Assembly (NCBI GenBank): GCA_963716175.1
Contig: OY970296.1
Location: 3,968,001-4,032,000 of the forward strand
DNA: 64,000 nt
From: an uncultured Armatimonadetes bacterium
GTDB lineage: Bacteria; Armatimonadota; Hebobacteria; Hebobacterales; Hebobacteraceae
Direction of reading: 5' to 3'
Under the pieces are notes generated by a model. That model had not been told where the DNA came from and made no database searches. It saw nothing but the letters and a program-made list of their open reading frames with translations. A program made the translations under genes and the position numbers. Shown piece by piece: positions 34,385 through 43,997 of the stretch (the stretch's first letter is position 1; each line of letters opens with the position of its first letter).

Positions 34385-36091
34385 ATGAGACGGCCACGGG
34401 GACGACTCGCCGTCTGGGGCGCGCGGCTCTCGATCTCGCTGGTCTGGCTTCCGGTCCTGGTCGTGGGCGCGAGCTCGCACCTGGCGCGGCGCACCAGACC
34501 AGGGATTCCCGAGTACCCGCAGGTGGCGCGCGTCACCGCACAGATGGCCGAGGGCGCAGCCCTCCTGCCCGCGGAAGGGGCCGAGCGGGCGGAGGCGTCT
34601 CCGCGCGCCGCGGTGCTCGGGCTGACCCGAGCAGAGGTCGCCTCGGGCGTGCCCTCACTGGCAGTGCTGGCCGAGGCCGCCCCTCATCGCCCAGGCCCGC
34701 CCGCCGGCCTTGCGGCGGGTTCCAGGTCATTCCTCCCGCACTCTTCGGGGCCGGCGCCAGAACCGGTCGCTCCCTTGACCGAATTGGCGCATTCCGTCAG
34801 TCAACCGCCGCCTGCTGCCGCGAGCGCGCCTCGCCTGGCGCCGGCTCCCAGCCTTGCTCTGGTTCCTACCCCCGAGCCGCACGCGAGACCCCGGCCGGTG
34901 CCGCCGGCGGTGTCGGGTCCGCCCAACATCAGCCAGCAAGCGCTGCCGACCCCGCGCGCACGGGCGCCGCGCACCGATTCCCGGCTGCGCCCGAGCGAAG
35001 CCCTGGCCGCCGCCTGGGCCGAGCAGAACGTGCGCTCCGTGCGGTTCGACGCCGGCTACTACTACGGCACGGGCAAGAGCATGCGGCAGCTCGCCGATGA
35101 CCTGACCCGTTCCTGGGCGGAGAAGGGCGTCAACCTCATCTACTACTACGCCTACAACCGTGTGTACGGGGCCCGCTATCGCACCAGCTACCCCGGCAAT
35201 ATCATGGAGGATTTCGGCCGGCAGGACCTGCTCACCTACATGCTGCAGTCAGCGCACAGCCGGGGCCTGAAGGTGATTGCCTGGTTCTACGGCCCTCAGC
35301 ACAAACGGATCTGGGAAACCCACCCGAAATGGAGGGAGAAGACCGCGGACGGCCGCGACTACCGCCCCAGCGCCGACGGCTACTACCTATGTGTGCGAAA
35401 CCCCGAGGTAGTGAAGTGGTGGCTCGGGTTCATTGACGACATCCTGGTCCACTACCCCGACCTGGACGGAGTGGATATCGCGGAGGCGCAGGTGGACACC
35501 TGGGGCGATCACGCCTGCCACTGCCGAGAGTGCCGGAACCAGTTCACCCAGAGCTACCCGCGGCAGCCCCTGGGAGGAACGAGCTGGCGCCAGTTCCGGG
35601 CTGATGGCCTCAGCCGTCTTTTGCTGGCCACTAACCACCTGACCCACGGATACGGGAAGGAGGCTCACCTCACCACAGTGTTCACGGCCAAGGCCGATGG
35701 CAGACTGATGGCCCCCGGTATGGTCCGCGACGCCACCGGCTTTGACCTCGACGGTATCCTTTCCAGCACCGACAGGCCGGATGTGATCCAGGCCGAGCTG
35801 ATCTGGCAGCAGTGGGCGGCCACTTACCAGGATCCGGTGACCTTCACCGCGGAATGGACTCACCAGGCGGTGGACGAAGCCAAGTATCTGACTGCGGGGA
35901 GGGCTCGCCTGATCGCCCATCTGGAGGTTACCGACTTCGGCCTGGGTCCGCTCGACGGGCCTCGACTCGGCACCACCGTGGCGGCCGCGGTCCAAGGCGC
36001 GCCCTACGGCATTGATGTCTACGACGCACATCTCATTGACCAGACGGAGGACGCCACCCGATACCTGCAGATGGCCTGGCTTACCTTCTAA
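34385..36091 (+). CDS. Membrane-anchored glycoside-hydrolase-like TIM-barrel protein (GHL10/DUF187-like) with Pro/Ala-rich linker
   Basis: GVNLIYYYAY, DLLTYML..AHSRGLKVIAW, HPKW, YLCVRNPEV, YPDLDGVDIAE, CHCREC. Confidence 0.8.
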   Translation: MRRPRGRLAVWGARLSISLVWLPVLVVGASSHLARRTRPGIPEYPQVARVTAQMAEGAALLPAEGAERAEASPRAAVLGLTRAEVASGVPSLAVLAEAAPHRPGPPAGLAAGSRSFLPHSSGPAPEPVAPLTELAHSVSQPPPAAASAPRLAPAPSLALVPTPEPHARPRPVPPAVSGPPNISQQALPTPRARAPRTDSRLRPSEALAAAWAEQNVRSVRFDAGYYYGTGKSMRQLADDLTRSWAEKGVNLIYYYAYNRVYGARYRTSYPGNIMEDFGRQDLLTYMLQSAHSRGLKVIAWFYGPQHKRIWETHPKWREKTADGRDYRPSADGYYLCVRNPEVVKWWLGFIDDILVHYPDLDGVDIAEAQVDTWGDHACHCRECRNQFTQSYPRQPLGGTSWRQFRADGLSRLLLATNHLTHGYGKEAHLTTVFTAKADGRLMAPGMVRDATGFDLDGILSSTDRPDVIQAELIWQQWAATYQDPVTFTAEWTHQAVDEAKYLTAGRARLIAHLEVTDFGLGPLDGPRLGTTVAAAVQGAPYGIDVYDAHLIDQTEDATRYLQMAWLTF

Positions 36092-36196
36092 TGAATGTCG
36101 CCCAACGAAGTAACGGGCGGCATTCATCAGAAAGCCAGGAAATGGCTGAAGAAAGGACGTTCGCACAATGTTACTTCATTGCGCGAACGTCAGTAG
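36088..36196. repeat. Double-hairpin element, copy B (overlaps the TAA stop of the upstream gene)
   Basis: ATGAATGTCGCCC-AACGAAGTAAC-GGGCGGCATTCAT plus GACGTTCGCACAATG/CATTGCGCGAACGTC; ends CTAA..GTAG. Confidence 0.8.
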
Positions 36197-36495
36197 TGTG
36201 GGGTGGCGCGGACCGCGAGGCCCGCGCGGGCTTGCCCGCCGGCCGTCTGGCGGGCGCTGACGGCGCTTGGTCGCACCCAGCGCCGCGAGCAATCGCAGCA
36301 ACTGGACGAGGGGGTCCAGTCTCACCGGCCGCGGCCCGTTCCCGAGCCGGGAGCGGAGCCGCGGAGAACGCCCGGCCGGATGACCTCCGCATCCGGCCGG
36401 GCGCCATCTTCCCGCAGTCAGCCTCCGCGGCGACAGTCCTCGAGACTCGCTGGGGGTGTGGCCGCTTTCTCAGGGTGGGCCGGAGATCGCTCCTC

Positions 36496-36613
36496 TGTCA
36501 TCCTGAGCGTCAGCGAAGAGCCTGCCCTGAGCGAAGTCGAAGGGATCTCGCCGTCTGCGCCAACGGAACGGCGGGATTCTTCGCCTCGCGCTGTGCGCTC
36601 GCTCAGAATGACA
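36496..36613. repeat. GTCATCCTGAGC..GCTCAGAATGAC palindromic repeat element
   Basis: TGTCATCCTGAGCG..AGCGAAG..GGATCT..GATTCTTCGC..CGCTCAGAATGACA. Confidence 0.8.
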
Positions 36614-36748
36614 ACGACGGCCGCCCAGACTTTGCGGTCACGCCCCTCGCTGGTGTTGCACGCCTGCTGCAGACGTGGCATGATAGATTGGCGTCTCGCC
36701 GGCTGGCTGTCCCACCATCGCGGGTAGTCAGCAGACGACGCGGATCGG

Positions 36749-38515
36749 TTGATGCGAGGGCTTCCAGTCGTCTTACTGCTAACGTGCCTGCTCACCGCGG
36801 GTGCGGCCCGCGCCGCGGAGACGCGGGTGTTGGTGGTCTACAGTGAAGGGCAGGCGCCGAAGCTGGCCGCGCAGTGGGTCGTGCCGGCCCTGCTGAACCT
36901 GCTCGGCCATTTCGATTGCACCAACACCGTGATCCCGGCCGATGCCTACCAGCCCGGGCAGATCGAGACCTGTGATGTCGTCATCTACCTCGGCCTCGGG
37001 CCGGCCAAGGCTCTGCCGGAGGCCTTGCTGTCCGATATCTATGGCACCAATCGCCCGGTCTGCTGGCTGGGCTACAATCTCGATCTGCTCGCCGCTCGCT
37101 TCTCCCTGGAGCGGTACAGCTTCGAGGTGGCCAGGGAACCGGCCGGCGGGAAGCATCCTCGGGTGATCTACCGCTCGCAGGTGCTGACACGGCCGCAGAT
37201 GCCGATGGCCAGGATCACGGTGACCCATCGCGCCTCCTGCATCGTGCTGGCCGCGGCCGAGGGAGAGGGCCAGGCCCTGCCCTACGCGGTGCGGAGCGGC
37301 CGCTTCTGGTACTTCGCGGATGTGCCGCTGATGGAGTTGAGTGAGACCGGGAGCCATGTTGCCCTGAGCGACCAGCTTCACGAAATCCTGGGCCAGCCTC
37401 ACCCGGCCCGGCGGACCGCCCTGATCTGCATCACGGGGGTGAGCGCGCAGACCGACCTCGGGGGCCTGCGAGCGCTGGTGCGGTACCTGCAAGGGGAAAA
37501 GCTCCCCTACGCCATCGCCGTCATCCCGCTGTTCCGGGATCCGCGAGAGGATCTGGAAGTGCGGCTCAGCAGCCGACGCAGCGTGGTCGGGATCGTTCGC
37601 GGGGCCCAGCGGGCAGGAGCGGCCACCATCGCAAATGGCTTCACCCATCAGTTCGGGAGCCGCAGCGGCGAGGACGCGGAGTTCTGGGACTTGGCGCGAA
37701 ACCGGCCGCCCCTGGGCCACACTCCCTCTGACACCGTGCAGCGCATCCGGCAAGCTATTGCTGAGTTGGGCCGCTGTGGGCTCTATCCGACGGTTTGGGC
37801 GACGCCGCAGGGCCGGGCCTCCTCGGCTGACTATGCAGAGATCGCGCGGGCCTGCTCCACCACCTGGGAGCGACGGCTGACGAGCGTGCTGGCGCCGGGC
37901 CCCCAGACCTTCCCGTTCCTGGTCAAGCGAGATAGCTTCGGACAGCGGGTGATACCCGATAACCTGAGCGTGCTGCGGGGCGGCGGCGGCGAGCTGGAGA
38001 CGATCCTCGAGCAGGCCCGATGCCAGTCCGTGGTGCCGGACCCCTGGCTGACCGCGGCGATTGCGCCAGAGGCGCCCCTGGAGTCGGTGAAGTTGCTGAT
38101 CGCGGCCCTGCGCGAGATGGGCTACCAGTTCGCCGACCTGCGGCGGGACACCGGTTGGATGAAGGGGCGATCCCTGGAGATCTACTCGACGGGCGCTCCC
38201 ACCCCCATCACCCGGCTCATGCCGAGTGGCTGGGACGCGACCCTGCTGGGCCCAAGCCGGCGTGACCTGACCCGCTTCGAGAGCCCGGACAGCGACGAGA
38301 GGGATAGCGCTGTCCTGCGGCCTGGGGCGATTCTCATCACCTATCCCTCCGGCGGCCGGCCACGCGAGATCTTCGCCTTCGAGGGAGGGCCTGAGGAGAT
38401 GGCCCAACGCGCGGTGGCGGGCGTCGCGCGGGTGATCGTGATCTTCGCACTGGGCGCCTGCGTGCTGTTCATCCTCATCTACCTGACCCAGATCTCGCTC
38501 CAGTGGCGGGCCTAG
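36749..38515 (+). CDS. DUF2334/YdaL-like polysaccharide-deacetylase-fold protein, signal peptide + C-terminal TM
   Basis: LLGHFD, YLG, SDQLHEILG, LPYAIAVIPLFRDP, NGFTHQ..EFWD. Confidence 0.8.
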   Translation: MMRGLPVVLLLTCLLTAGAARAAETRVLVVYSEGQAPKLAAQWVVPALLNLLGHFDCTNTVIPADAYQPGQIETCDVVIYLGLGPAKALPEALLSDIYGTNRPVCWLGYNLDLLAARFSLERYSFEVAREPAGGKHPRVIYRSQVLTRPQMPMARITVTHRASCIVLAAAEGEGQALPYAVRSGRFWYFADVPLMELSETGSHVALSDQLHEILGQPHPARRTALICITGVSAQTDLGGLRALVRYLQGEKLPYAIAVIPLFRDPREDLEVRLSSRRSVVGIVRGAQRAGAATIANGFTHQFGSRSGEDAEFWDLARNRPPLGHTPSDTVQRIRQAIAELGRCGLYPTVWATPQGRASSADYAEIARACSTTWERRLTSVLAPGPQTFPFLVKRDSFGQRVIPDNLSVLRGGGGELETILEQARCQSVVPDPWLTAAIAPEAPLESVKLLIAALREMGYQFADLRRDTGWMKGRSLEIYSTGAPTPITRLMPSGWDATLLGPSRRDLTRFESPDSDERDSAVLRPGAILITYPSGGRPREIFAFEGGPEEMAQRAVAGVARVIVIFALGACVLFILIYLTQISLQWRA

Positions 38516-38518
38516 CTG

Positions 38519-41056
38519 ATGCGGCGATTCCCCACGCTGGTGCCGGTGCTGCTCGCGCTGGCTCTCACCACCGGATGCCATCGCCAGGCGGCGCCGCCTC
38601 CCAGAGTCAGCCTGCCGCCCTCACCTCCAGCCGCGCCCGTGCGGGTGCTGATCGTGCGAGAGGACGGGGAGGGCCTGGCGGATTGCGCCCGCGAGCTGGC
38701 GGCCCTCCTGGCGCATTTCGAGGAGCGCTGCTCCATCCTCCCGGCGTCGGAGTATAAACCGGGCCTGTTGGGCCGCTATCCCTACGCCTTCTATCTCACT
38801 GGCACAGCCGCGGCCCGGGCGCAGTCGCGTGTCGCCGCCGACGCCAGCAGCTACCAGGGCACATTGGCCTGGATCGGCGGTGGCATCCAGGCGCTAGGTG
38901 ACTCCGCTCTCAGCCGCTTGCATCTCACCCCTGACGAGGGGCCCAGCACCTCGGATGGCTGGCTGCTCTCCTACCGCGGCCAGAGCCACGTAGAACGACT
39001 GACCGTGCCCGGGGTGCGGGCCGGCGCGGGAGCGAAGGCGCAGGCGGAGGTGCAGAGCAAGGGGGATCGGCGGCCGTTCCTGGTCGGTAACGGCAAGCTC
39101 TGGTACGCGGCCGCTGGCCCCGCGCCAGGGAGGGATCACTTCTGGAGCCGGTGCGTCTGGGCCGACGCGCTGCACGAGATGCTCGCCTGCTCCCATCCCC
39201 GGCAGCGCCGGCTGGTGGCAGTGCTCCGCGATGTTCCGGTATGGGTGAACGAGCGGCAGGTGCCAGCCGTGATCCAGCCGCTGCTGGCGGCGCAAGTTCC
39301 GGTCTCCGTGCTGGCGGCAGCGAAGACGGGGGACGTCCTGCTCTCCGAACGCCCGGCGGCGGTGCGCGGCCTGCGCCGGGCCGAGGCGCTGGGGGCAGTG
39401 ATCACGCTCTCAGGTGAGGCCAGGTCGCGGGCGCGGGAGGAGCTGCGGATGGCCTGGGAGGTGGGGCTTCACCCCCTCGCCTGGGCCGGGCCCACCGGGG
39501 AGGACAATCCCTTTCGGCTCCGAGTGGCCGGGCCGGATGACTCGCCTCCTTTCTCGGCCGGCGGCCTGCTGCCAGCTCCCATCCCCCTCAGCGATGCCGG
39601 CTACATCTCACGAGAGGACGCCGCGCATCTCCAGATGCTGGAGGTGGTGAGAGACGCGGTGGCGCTGGTCTCTTTCGGCCTGTGGGCGGCTCCGCAGCCA
39701 TTCCTGCGGTTCGTGAAGGGCCAGGAGGCTCGCGGCTGGCGGCCCGCGGACCTGCGAGACCTGGGTGCGCTGGTGACAGACTCGCGGCGCACCCTGGTGT
39801 CGGGCCAGGCGAAGGTGCTGCTGCCTTCAGATACGCGTCTTCGCAAGAGGGTGTTTGGGCCGCGCTGGGAAGAGAAGAGCGAGGAGACAGTCTCTTTCCC
39901 TGGCTCCTCGGTGGGCGAGCGCAGCATTGCCGCTCCGGAGCGCTCGGCGGTGGCCTTGGAGGCCGTCCGGCGGATGCCCGCCCGGCCTTTCCTCACCGGT
40001 GTCACCCTGGATCCCTGGTCCTACAGCGATCTGGGTGTGTCCAGCGAGACGCTGGCGGAAGCGCTGGCGGAGCGATACTCCCGCAATGGGGTCAACACTG
40101 TCTTCTGCTATGCTTATAATGTTGATGAGGGGGCTGCTTACCGTACCCGATATCGCGGCGCCTCCACGAGCGATTGGGGACGCCAGGACCTGCTGGGGCA
40201 TTTGCTCGAGGCGTGCCACGGTCGGGGAGTCCGGGTGGTAGCCTGGCTGTATAGCGGACGCGACCGGGGAATGTGGCTGCGACACCCGGAGTGGAGAGAG
40301 CGAACTGCTGGAGGCAAGGAATATAACCCGCTGCGGCTGCATGCGACTTACTTTCTCTGCCCGCGGAACCCGGAGGTGCGCCGCTGGCACGCGGGGCTGG
40401 TGCAGGACCTGGCCCGCCGCTACCCGACCCTCGATGGGATCGAGTTATGTGAGCCGCTGGTCAACTGGTGGGGCGATCAGGCCTGCTACTGCGAGGTGTG
40501 CCGGCGGGAGTTCGCGGCGGCCCATCCCCGGGAGGCCCTCGGGGGGCCGGCCTGGCGGCGCTTTCGGGCCCAGGGGTTGGGCGGGTTCCTCTCCCACTGC
40601 CTGGAGGCGATCTCGCAGGAGGGGATTGACACCTACATCATGACTATCAGCGACGCCTGGAGCAACGGGGCGATCCTGTCACCGCAGCGGCAGGCGGACG
40701 AGTCCGGGTTCGATCTGGACGCTCTGCTGGACGGCCCCCACCCACCGGACTGGGTCAACTTCGAGGTGATCTGGCAGCAGTGGGCGGCGATCTATGGGGC
40801 CGAGGTGTTCAACTCCCGGTGGGCGGCGGAGGCCGCGCAGCAGCTGGTGCGGCGCACCGACGGCCGGGCCCGGGTGGTTCTGCATGTGGAGCTGACGGAC
40901 TTCGGATCCCAGCAGATGACTCCCGCCAAGATCGCGGAGACGATCAGCCGGGTGAGCGCGGCCAGGCCCAACGGCATCGAGTGCTATCACTCCGCGGCGG
41001 TTGACAGCAAAGCGGCCTGGACCGTGCTGAAGCGTTCCTTTGAGGGGCTGCGGTGA
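38519..41056 (+). CDS. Lipoprotein: DUF2334-like N-half fused to GHL10-like C-half
   Basis: Lipobox TTGC; LLAHFE, ADALHEML; GVNTVFCYAY..QDLLGHLLEACHGRGVRVVAW..LCPRNPEV..LDGIELCE, paralogous to 34385-36091. Confidence 0.8.
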   Translation: MRRFPTLVPVLLALALTTGCHRQAAPPPRVSLPPSPPAAPVRVLIVREDGEGLADCARELAALLAHFEERCSILPASEYKPGLLGRYPYAFYLTGTAAARAQSRVAADASSYQGTLAWIGGGIQALGDSALSRLHLTPDEGPSTSDGWLLSYRGQSHVERLTVPGVRAGAGAKAQAEVQSKGDRRPFLVGNGKLWYAAAGPAPGRDHFWSRCVWADALHEMLACSHPRQRRLVAVLRDVPVWVNERQVPAVIQPLLAAQVPVSVLAAAKTGDVLLSERPAAVRGLRRAEALGAVITLSGEARSRAREELRMAWEVGLHPLAWAGPTGEDNPFRLRVAGPDDSPPFSAGGLLPAPIPLSDAGYISREDAAHLQMLEVVRDAVALVSFGLWAAPQPFLRFVKGQEARGWRPADLRDLGALVTDSRRTLVSGQAKVLLPSDTRLRKRVFGPRWEEKSEETVSFPGSSVGERSIAAPERSAVALEAVRRMPARPFLTGVTLDPWSYSDLGVSSETLAEALAERYSRNGVNTVFCYAYNVDEGAAYRTRYRGASTSDWGRQDLLGHLLEACHGRGVRVVAWLYSGRDRGMWLRHPEWRERTAGGKEYNPLRLHATYFLCPRNPEVRRWHAGLVQDLARRYPTLDGIELCEPLVNWWGDQACYCEVCRREFAAAHPREALGGPAWRRFRAQGLGGFLSHCLEAISQEGIDTYIMTISDAWSNGAILSPQRQADESGFDLDALLDGPHPPDWVNFEVIWQQWAAIYGAEVFNSRWAAEAAQQLVRRTDGRARVVLHVELTDFGSQQMTPAKIAETISRVSAARPNGIECYHSAAVDSKAAWTVLKRSFEGLR

Positions 41057-42335
41057 ACCTCGACCTGTGGTCTCTGGTCCATGATTCCCTGCTTGCCCTG
41101 TGCCTGCTGGGAGTGTGGGCCATCATCGCCCTCTACGCCGTGCTCTCTCTCGCCGGGTTCATCTACTCGCGGGAGGCGGCGCGGGCGCGAAAGGAACCGC
41201 GGGCCCTCGCCGACTGGCCCCCTGTCTCCATCCTGGTGCCTGCCCACAACGAGGAAGTGGTGATGGCCGGCACCATCGAGAGCCTGCTCCATCTGGATTA
41301 CCCGCGCCAGCGTCTGGAGGTGATCGTGATTGACGACTCCTCCACCGACCGCACCCGGCAGGTGGTCGAGCACATGATGAGCGCCGATCGGCGGCTGAAG
41401 CTGGTCGCGATCCCCCCGGGGATGGGGGACGAGGCAAATCCCATGCCCTCAATGTGGGCCTGGCCTATGCCTCGCACGATCTGATCGCGGTGTTCGACGC
41501 CGACAACTCGCCGGAGCCCCAGTCGCTGCAGCACCTGGTGGCGGAGCTGATGGCCGATCGCCGGCTCGCCGCGGCGGCGGGCAAGGTCCGCACCCTCAAC
41601 CAGGCCAGCAACTTCCTCACCCGCTGCATTGCCATCGAGTTCATGAGCTTCCAGTGGATGGTGCAGGCCGGCCGCTGGCGGCTGTTTCGCTTGGCCTCTC
41701 TGCCTGGCACCAACTATGTGATCCGGCGAGAGGCGCTGGAGCGGGTCGGATGCTGGGATCCCACCGCCATCGCCGACGACGCCGAGCTGACCGTGCGGCT
41801 GAGCCAGGAGGGTTACCAGATCAAGTTCGTGCCCTATGCCGTAACCTGGGAGCCCGAACCCCAGGACTGGGGAGTGTGGCTGCGGCAGCGGCTGCGCTGG
41901 GCGCGCGGCGGCACCTATGTGCTGAGGAAGTTCCTGCCCCGGCTGCGTCGGGTGCGGCGCCGGGACCTGGCGCTGGAGGTGCTCCACCTCTTCACCATCT
42001 ACCACCTGTTCTTCGCCGTGATGCTGCTGTCAGATGCGATCCTGATCTCAGGGCTGATCGCGGGATTGGCGGTGGGCGCCAGGGGCAGTCCGCTGATCGC
42101 GCTCTGGGGGTTGGCGATAGGGGTCTTCCTGCTGGAGACGGCGGTGGCCCTGGCGATCGAGGGAGAGAACAGCCCGCTGAATCTGCTGGTGGCCGCAGCC
42201 ATGTACTTCACCTATTGCCAGGCCTGGCTGTACGTGTGTGCGAAGGCCCACTATCTGGATGTGGTAAGACAAGAGCGGCTGCGCTGGGAGAAGACAGTGC
42301 GAGTGCCGCGCCCGGCCCAGGCCGGGGGCCAGTAA
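41053..42335 (+). CDS. GT2 processive polysaccharide synthase (YdaM/IcaA/PgaC-like); frameshift in G-run 41424-41428
   Basis: SILVPAHNEE, DDSSTD, GKSHALN (restored by one extra G), FDAD, ADDAEL, QRLRW, C-terminal WEKT. Confidence 0.9.
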
Positions 42336-42356
42336 CAACTCATCGCGAGCTGAGGA

Positions 42357-43761
42357 ATGACTGTCGAGATCGGTTTCGTTGGGACTATCGCACTGTTTCT
42401 CGGCGGCCTGGTAGGTTCCGGACTGCTGTTCCACTTCTTCGCTTGGTGGGGCCGGGCGGCCGCGCTGTCGCGCGCCCGACGGATCGCGGCCCGGCTCAGA
42501 GAGCCCGCCCTCACGCTGACCGCGGTGGAAGACCACTCGGCTGCGATAGATGAGCTGGTGCAGTTCGGCGATGGGGAGGCCGCGGTGGCGGCGGCGCGGG
42601 AGCTGCTGGACGGGACTGATGGGGCGCTGCGCTCGGCCGCCATCGAGATCCTGCGTCGCACCCGCGCCCTCGACCGCTGGGCGCGAGACCTGAGAAGGAG
42701 CGGCTACCGCACCAAGCTGCGCGCGATCGAAGCTTTGGGCCAGGTGGGTGACGAGAGGGCGGTGGCAGAGCTGATCGAGGCCCTGGGCGACGACGATTCC
42801 GGGGTGGCTCAGGCCGCCTCCCAGGCGGTGACGGCGCGGGATCCGGACTATGCCGCGGACCGGCTGGCCGATGCCCTGTCGTCTCCCAGCCGGCGGGTCG
42901 CGGAGACCGCGGCCGCCACCCTGGTGCGCATGGGCGCGGACGCAACAGAGGCGCTTGTGGGGCAGCTCGCCAGCCTCCAGCCTCAGGCCCGGCGCCTGGC
43001 CATCGAATCCCTGGGCGCGGTGGGGGGAGCCGAGCTGGCGGACCTGCTGCTGCCCCTGGTGGAGATTGACCCTGATGCGGAGGTCCGGGCGGCCGCGGCG
43101 GAGGCGCTCGCGCGCGGGGGGAGAGCGGGCGATCGCTCAGCTCCGGCGGCTGGCCCAGTCCGACCCGGATTGGTTCGTGCGGGGCCGGGCCTATTGCCTG
43201 CTGGCGGAGATGAACGCGCCAGGCGCCGCCCGCTTCCTGCTGGACGCGTTGGCCGCCCTGCAAGTGGAGAGTCCACGGGTGAGTGACTTGGGTGATGCTG
43301 TGGACGCGATCGGTGACGGCACGCGCAGGGTGCAGACCTCCATCATCGTGGGTCTGCGAGCGCTGGGGCTGAGTGAGGAGGAGGTGGCGCGGGCGCAGCG
43401 GTTGCCAGAGGCCCCCGATCCGGAGATGGCGGCAGTCACGGACGAGGGGGCGACGGCCGACCTTTGGTCGGAGACGATTGCTGCCCTGACTGGACAAGAC
43501 CCAGCCCGGCGGGCCGAGGCCGCGCGCCAACTGGCGGAGGCAGGCCCGCTTGCGATCTCGCCGCTCCGGCGGGCCTTGCGCGACCCGGAGCCTGTGGTGA
43601 GGGCCGAGGCCGCTCGCTCCTTGGGCCGCATTGGCTCACCCGATTGCCTGGAGGGCCTGGCGGCCTGCGTGCGCGATCCGGACTCCGGAGTTCGGCTCGC
43701 CAGCTCCATCGCCATGCGCGCCATCATCACCCGCGACGCGGCACGGGAGCTGCGGGAGTAG
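42357..43761 (+). CDS. N-terminal TM + HEAT-repeat protein (frameshift near 43105-43121)
   Basis: Repeated AIEALG..D.RAV..L..AL.D.D..VR.AA..L motifs in two frames. Confidence 0.85.
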
Positions 43762-43767
43762 CAGGCT

Positions 43768-43896
43768 AGAGCGCATTTCATAACCTACCTGCTGGCTGGC
43801 CGCACCACGCCCTCGCATGGAATGCCCCTGCCACGGCCTGACGTTGTGCAGTGCTGTTTCATAACCTCCCCTGGGAAGGTTATGAAACAGCTTCTA
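43768..43896. mobile_element. Possible MITE with terminal inverted repeats and an internal 15-bp palindrome
   Basis: TAGAGCGCATTTCATAACCT .. AGGTTATGAAACAGCTTCTA; internal GCTGTTTCATAACCT/AGGTTATGAAACAGC (43853-43891). Confidence 0.5.
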
Positions 43897-43997
43897 CTGA
43901 GCTTCGCCCAGAGAAGTAACGGGGCGAAGCTCAAGAGGAGGCCCAGACAGGCACAGGGTGATGTTCGCACATTACTTCGTTGTGCGAACATCATTAG
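43894..43997. repeat. Double-hairpin element, copy C (overlaps the TAA stop of the pfkB-family gene)
   Basis: TGAGCTTCGCCC/GGGCGAAGCTCA plus TGATGTTCGCACA/TGTGCGAACATCA; ends CTAC..TTAG. Confidence 0.85.

Noticed and set aside
36091-36846. 251-aa ORF (and the overlapping 174-aa ORF) in the EPS gap
   Set aside because: They translate through three repeat or hairpin elements and have no protein-like composition.
36779-38581. 600-aa antisense ORF
   Set aside because: Shadow of the GC3-rich DUF2334-like gene on the opposite strand.
41400-41490. Programmed ribosomal frameshift or pseudogene in GT2 and the other split genes
   Set aside because: No convincing slippery heptamer with stimulator, no additional decay, and five similar events in 64 kb point to indel errors.
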